From the NCBI GenBank assembly GCA_964247235.1, contig CAXTTJ010000005.1, positions 9,065-73,064 on the forward strand: DNA of 64,000 nucleotides, given 5' to 3'. Each line of letters opens with the position of its first letter. Position 1 is the first letter of the stretch. The DNA comes from an uncultured Sphingomonadaceae bacterium. GTDB taxonomy: Bacteria > Pseudomonadota > Alphaproteobacteria > Sphingomonadales > Sphingomonadaceae. The position numbers were made by a program, and so were the translations under genes. This document shows, piece after piece, positions 60,224 through 64,000 of this stretch. A model generated the notes under the pieces. The model ran no database searches and was not told where the DNA came from. It saw only the letters and a program-made list of their open reading frames with translations.

Positions 60224-61600
60224 TTATTGTCCGAAACGCGATCTGATCGGTCGAAATCGGCTTGATCGCCAGGCGATAGCCCGGGTCAGACGACCATGCA
60301 TGGCCCGGTCGATGGGATAAAAGAACATGAACGCGGCCCCCGCCATTGCAAACGAAAGCGGGGCCACGCCCATCAGCAGCTTGAGACTGGCAAGCGTCTC
60401 GGGCGTCTGTGCGCGGTTGGCGGTATAGCCGATCATCGACAGGCTTTCGCCCAAAGCCCCCACGGCCAGGCCCAGCGCCGCTTTCTGGTTGAACGAGACC
60501 AGGCCAAAGACCATGCCATCCGCTCGCACCCGCGTGCGCCACTGGCCATATTCGACAGTGTCGGGAACCATCGCCCAGAACGTCAGATAGCTTGCCCCCG
60601 CGGCAAAGCCAACGAAAGCGAGATCCGCAATCAGGAGGTCGGGGCGGGTCACCGGCAGGACCTGAAACAACGCATAGCCGACGACGGCAAAGGCTGTCCC
60701 GCTGAGCGACGTGATCCGCTTTGATGTGCGCCGCATCACCAATGTCCAGACCGGAATGCTCAGCATCGCAGCGCCCGTCAGCGACGCCAGCGCCGGGCCG
60801 ATCAGGTCAGCGCGCCCAACCGCATATTTGAAATAATAAGGGATCGACTTGCCAAAGAATGTCGACGCCATCGACCCCATCAGCAGCGATCCGCTGACGA
60901 GCCAGAACGGCGTGTTCGATCGCATCATCGTCCCCATCGCGCGGATGTCCGGCCGATGTTCCGCGGTGTCCAGCATCACTTCGTGCGTCGTCGCGAACGT
61001 TGTCCAGAACAGCATCGTCGCAATCGACGCGAACAGGATCGCCGTCCACAAAAACCCCCGGGCCTGATCACCACCGCCAAACAGGCCGACCAGTTTCAGC
61101 GTGAAAAAGGCAATGATCAGGCCGCCCGACGTTGCCGCAACCATGCGGAACGCGGCCAGCACGCCGCGCTCATGGCTGTCACTTGTCATGACTGCCGACA
61201 GCGAGAGATAGGGCATCGACACGATTGTATAGAAGGTTCTGAACATCATGTGCGCCGCCAGCACCGCCATGGTGAGCGCGACACCAGACAGCCCCGTCGG
61301 AACGAAGATCAGCACCCATGACGCAGCAAGCGGAATGGCGCCGAACAGGATGTAGGGCCGGTACCGTCCCCAGCGCGTGCTCGTACGGCTGGCGATATAG
61401 CCCATCAGCGGATCGATCGCCGCATCCCAGATCAGCGCTGTGGCAAAAATCCAGCCTCCCGTCGCCGGCGAGAGTTCGAGCACATCGGTATAGAACAGCA
61501 GCAGATAGAGATTGGCCGTTGTGAAATAGAGATTGAACGCAAAATCCCCGATGCCGTAACCGAGAAGGCGACCCAGCGGCAGCGCCAGCGCATTTGCCAC
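60224..61600 (-). CDS. GPH family MFS transporter (probable xyloside/xylose symporter)
   Basis: GYGIGD, WDAAIDPLMG, TRWGRYRPY, MVPDTVEYG; adjacent to xylA. Confidence 0.88.
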   Translation of the reverse strand: MANALALPLGRLLGYGIGDFAFNLYFTTANLYLLLFYTDVLELSPATGGWIFATALIWDAAIDPLMGYIASRTSTRWGRYRPYILFGAIPLAASWVLIFVPTGLSGVALTMAVLAAHMMFRTFYTIVSMPYLSLSAVMTSDSHERGVLAAFRMVAATSGGLIIAFFTLKLVGLFGGGDQARGFLWTAILFASIATMLFWTTFATTHEVMLDTAEHRPDIRAMGTMMRSNTPFWLVSGSLLMGSMASTFFGKSIPYYFKYAVGRADLIGPALASLTGAAMLSIPVWTLVMRRTSKRITSLSGTAFAVVGYALFQVLPVTRPDLLIADLAFVGFAAGASYLTFWAMVPDTVEYGQWRTRVRADGMVFGLVSFNQKAALGLAVGALGESLSMIGYTANRAQTPETLASLKLLMGVAPLSFAMAGAAFMFFYPIDRAMHGRLTRAIAWRSSRFRPIRSRFGQ

Positions 61601-61601
61601 T

Positions 61602-62915
61602 TCAACAGAACCGGTTGACGAGGTTTTCGAGCATTTCCTGCCGGCCCGATCTTGGTTTGGGGTCGAGCTTTTCGGTCAGGACATGGTCGGCTGCATCGGA
61701 CAATGACATCGTGCCGTTCAACACGTGCTGACCCAGCGGCCCCGCCCACCCGGCATAGCGATCGGCGACGAAGCGATCGAGCGATTCATCTTCGATGATC
61801 GCAGCCGCATTCAGCAATGCGCGCGCCAGGACATCGACCCCACCGATATGGGCATGGAACAGGTCATCGGCATCCATCGACTGTCGCCGCACCTTGGCAT
61901 CGAAATTGAAACCGCCCGTCGTAAATCCGCCGCCTTTGATCAGGTGATACAGCGCAAGTGTCATTTCGGCGACATTGTTGGGAAACTGGTCCGTGTCCCA
62001 CCCGTTTTGCGGGTCACCACGATTCATGTCGATCGACCCCAATATGCCGAGCGCATTGGCTGTCGCGATTTCATGCTCGAAACTATTGCCCGCAAGTGTC
62101 GCGTGGTTCGCCTCGATATTCACCGCGATTTCCTTTTCAAGACCATAGCGCTTGAGGAAGCCGTACACCGTCGCAGTGTCGCGGTCATATTGATGCTTGG
62201 TCGGTTCATGCGGCTTCGGCTCGATGAGAATCAGGCCGGAAAAGCCGATGCGATGCTTGTGTTCGACGACCATCGTCATGAACCGGCCCATCTGGTCGAG
62301 TTCGCGCGACAGGTCGGTATTGAGGATCGTGTCATAGCCTTCGCGCCCGCCCCAGAGCACGTAATTCTGCCCGCCGAGCGCCTGCGTCGCTTCGAGCATC
62401 GAGCGGACCTGAAGGCAAGCCCAGGCGAAAACCTCCGGATCAGGATTGGTCGCGGCACCCGCTGCATAACGGGGATGGCCGAACAGATTGGCCGTTCCCC
62501 ACAGCAGCCCGACCCCGGTTTCTTCCATTTTCGCGCGCATGCGATCGACAGTCAGTGCGAGTTCGCTGACATAGTCGGCCGCCGAGCCGAAATCGGCCAT
62601 CGCATCGACATCGTGAAAGCAGAAATAGGGGGCACCAAGCCGGTCGAAGAAGTCGAACGCCGCGTCCATCTTCAGCCTGGCGCGATCGCGCGTCACGGGC
62701 TGCCCCGGCGACCAGGGACGGTCGAACGTGCCCTGGCCAAAGACATCGGACCCCGGCCATGCAAAGCTGTGCCAATAGCAAACCGCCCAGCGCAGGTGAT
62801 CCGCCATCGACTTTCCAAGCACCAGCCGGTCCTTGTCATACCAGCGATAGGCAAGCGGGTCCGTGCTTGCGGGTCCGGCATAAGAGATATGGGGAACAGA
62901 CGAGAAGTAAGTCAT
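61602..62915 (-). CDS. xylA: Xylose isomerase
   Basis: [36 protein letters not shown]. Confidence 0.97.
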   Translation of the reverse strand: MTYFSSVPHISYAGPASTDPLAYRWYDKDRLVLGKSMADHLRWAVCYWHSFAWPGSDVFGQGTFDRPWSPGQPVTRDRARLKMDAAFDFFDRLGAPYFCFHDVDAMADFGSAADYVSELALTVDRMRAKMEETGVGLLWGTANLFGHPRYAAGAATNPDPEVFAWACLQVRSMLEATQALGGQNYVLWGGREGYDTILNTDLSRELDQMGRFMTMVVEHKHRIGFSGLILIEPKPHEPTKHQYDRDTATVYGFLKRYGLEKEIAVNIEANHATLAGNSFEHEIATANALGILGSIDMNRGDPQNGWDTDQFPNNVAEMTLALYHLIKGGGFTTGGFNFDAKVRRQSMDADDLFHAHIGGVDVLARALLNAAAIIEDESLDRFVADRYAGWAGPLGQHVLNGTMSLSDAADHVLTEKLDPKPRSGRQEMLENLVNRFC

Positions 62916-62936
62916 CGGGTGATCTCCATTTTAAAC

Positions 62937-64000
62937 TTAAAGGCTTTGCTGAAATGCACCGAAAAGTGGTCGGACATCCGCGTACAACTGTCGGTAAACG
63001 GCTTTCCGCTGCCCGAGCCTGTCCGCCAGCGCGGGCGACGGTGCAATCGTGGCAAGCAGAGCGGGTGACGCACAGACCGCGTCGACCCCCTCACCCGTGA
63101 CGGCCAGACGAGCGAGCCGTGCAGCCCCAAGCGCCGGACCCGCCTCTCCCTCTGCGATGATGTCAAGTGCACATCCGGTCACCGTCGCAATGAGTTCGGC
63201 CCAATATGTCGAGCGGCCGCCGCCGCCGATCAGCGTCAGCCGGTCGATGGTCGTCCCTGCTGCGCGCAGGGCATCGGCCCCGTCGGCAAACGCAAAGGCC
63301 ACCCCTTCCAGGACGGCCTGCACCAACGCGGCAGGATCGCTGTCATGCGACAGGCCGAACAACACGCCTCGGGCATCCGGATCGTTATGCGGTGTGCGCT
63401 CACCTGACAGATAGGGGAGGAACACCGGCACGGCGGTCAACCTTTCGGACGATTGCGCCGCGGACAACGCTTCTGCAACGCTCGCAAAGCCCGTGACACC
63501 CGCTATCCAGTCGATCGCACTTGCGGCCGATAAGGTGACGGCCATCTGATGCCAGCGGTCTGGAATGGCGTGGCAAAAGGAATGCACGCCCTGTGCCGTA
63601 TTGGGACAATAGCCGTCGCTGACCGCAAAAATGACACCGGACGTGCCCAGGCTGAGAAACCCGTCACCCGGGTTTACAGCCCCGACACCGATCGCACCTG
63701 CGGCATTGTCACCCCCGCCACCGGCAACCGGCACGACCGGCAGGCCGAGGCGCGCAGCGACATCAGGCCGAAGCGCTGCCGTGACGACATTACCCTCAAA
63801 TAATTCCGGCATCTGACTCTCGTCGAGGCCGCAGGCACCAAGCATCGCGTCAGACCATTTTCGCAGCGCCACGTCGAGCCACAGCGTGCCCGCACTGTCG
63901 GACATGTCGCTGGCATGGCAGCCGGTCAGCCTGAGACGCAGATAATCCTTTGGCAGCAGGACTTTTGCGATCCGACCAAAAATGTCAGGTTCGTTTGCGG
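62937..64000 (-). CDS. xylB: Xylulokinase, 5' end outside the window
   Basis: SDMSDSAGT, GGGDNAAGA, SLGTSG, PYLSGERTPH, LEGVAF. Confidence 0.93.
   Translation of the reverse strand, partial: ANEPDIFGRIAKVLLPKDYLRLRLTGCHASDMSDSAGTLWLDVALRKWSDAMLGACGLDESQMPELFEGNVVTAALRPDVAARLGLPVVPVAGGGGDNAAGAIGVGAVNPGDGFLSLGTSGVIFAVSDGYCPNTAQGVHSFCHAIPDRWHQMAVTLSAASAIDWIAGVTGFASVAEALSAAQSSERLTAVPVFLPYLSGERTPHNDPDARGVLFGLSHDSDPAALVQAVLEGVAFAFADGADALRAAGTTIDRLTLIGGGGRSTYWAELIATVTGCALDIIAEGEAGPALGAARLARLAVTGEGVDAVCASPALLATIAPSPALADRLGQRKAVYRQLYADVRPLFGAFQQSL

Noticed and set aside
60224-64000. Xylose cluster as a novel system
   Set aside because: Standard xylB-xylA-GPH transporter arrangement.

Overview
GC-rich alphaproteobacterial chromosome segment. 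Gene content and order look sphingomonad-like, but this is an inference. From left to right it holds: gltA; a putative polarity/signalling cluster (His-less histidine kinase, degenerate Hpt, TipN/GPR-like coiled-coil protein, two CtrA-like boxes); rnj-coaX-birA; the complete nuoA-N operon (minus strand); suhB, efp, thiE; two toxin-antitoxin modules; fba-pgk-gap-tkt; zapA-6S RNA-ygfA; tRNA-Asp; a five-gene DUF11/isopeptide-domain operon ending in a 1695-aa outer-membrane protein; a CoA-transferase; a type I secretion/RTX island with two LuxR-type regulators; and a xylose cluster running off the right edge. Three things stand out. (1) 7 of the 13 nuo gene junctions carry inserts: five 8-mer-based palindromic elements, and two cargo-gene inserts accompanied by decayed duplicates of nuo gene ends. 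In every case the insert stays open in one frame and ends on or just before the next start codon, so translational coupling appears preserved. (2) The DUF11 operon looks like a candidate self-crosslinking fibre system with its own outer-membrane platform. (3) A palindromic operator recurs in front of each plus-strand gene of the RTX/T1SS island. All family assignments come from motif recognition by eye; no searches were run.
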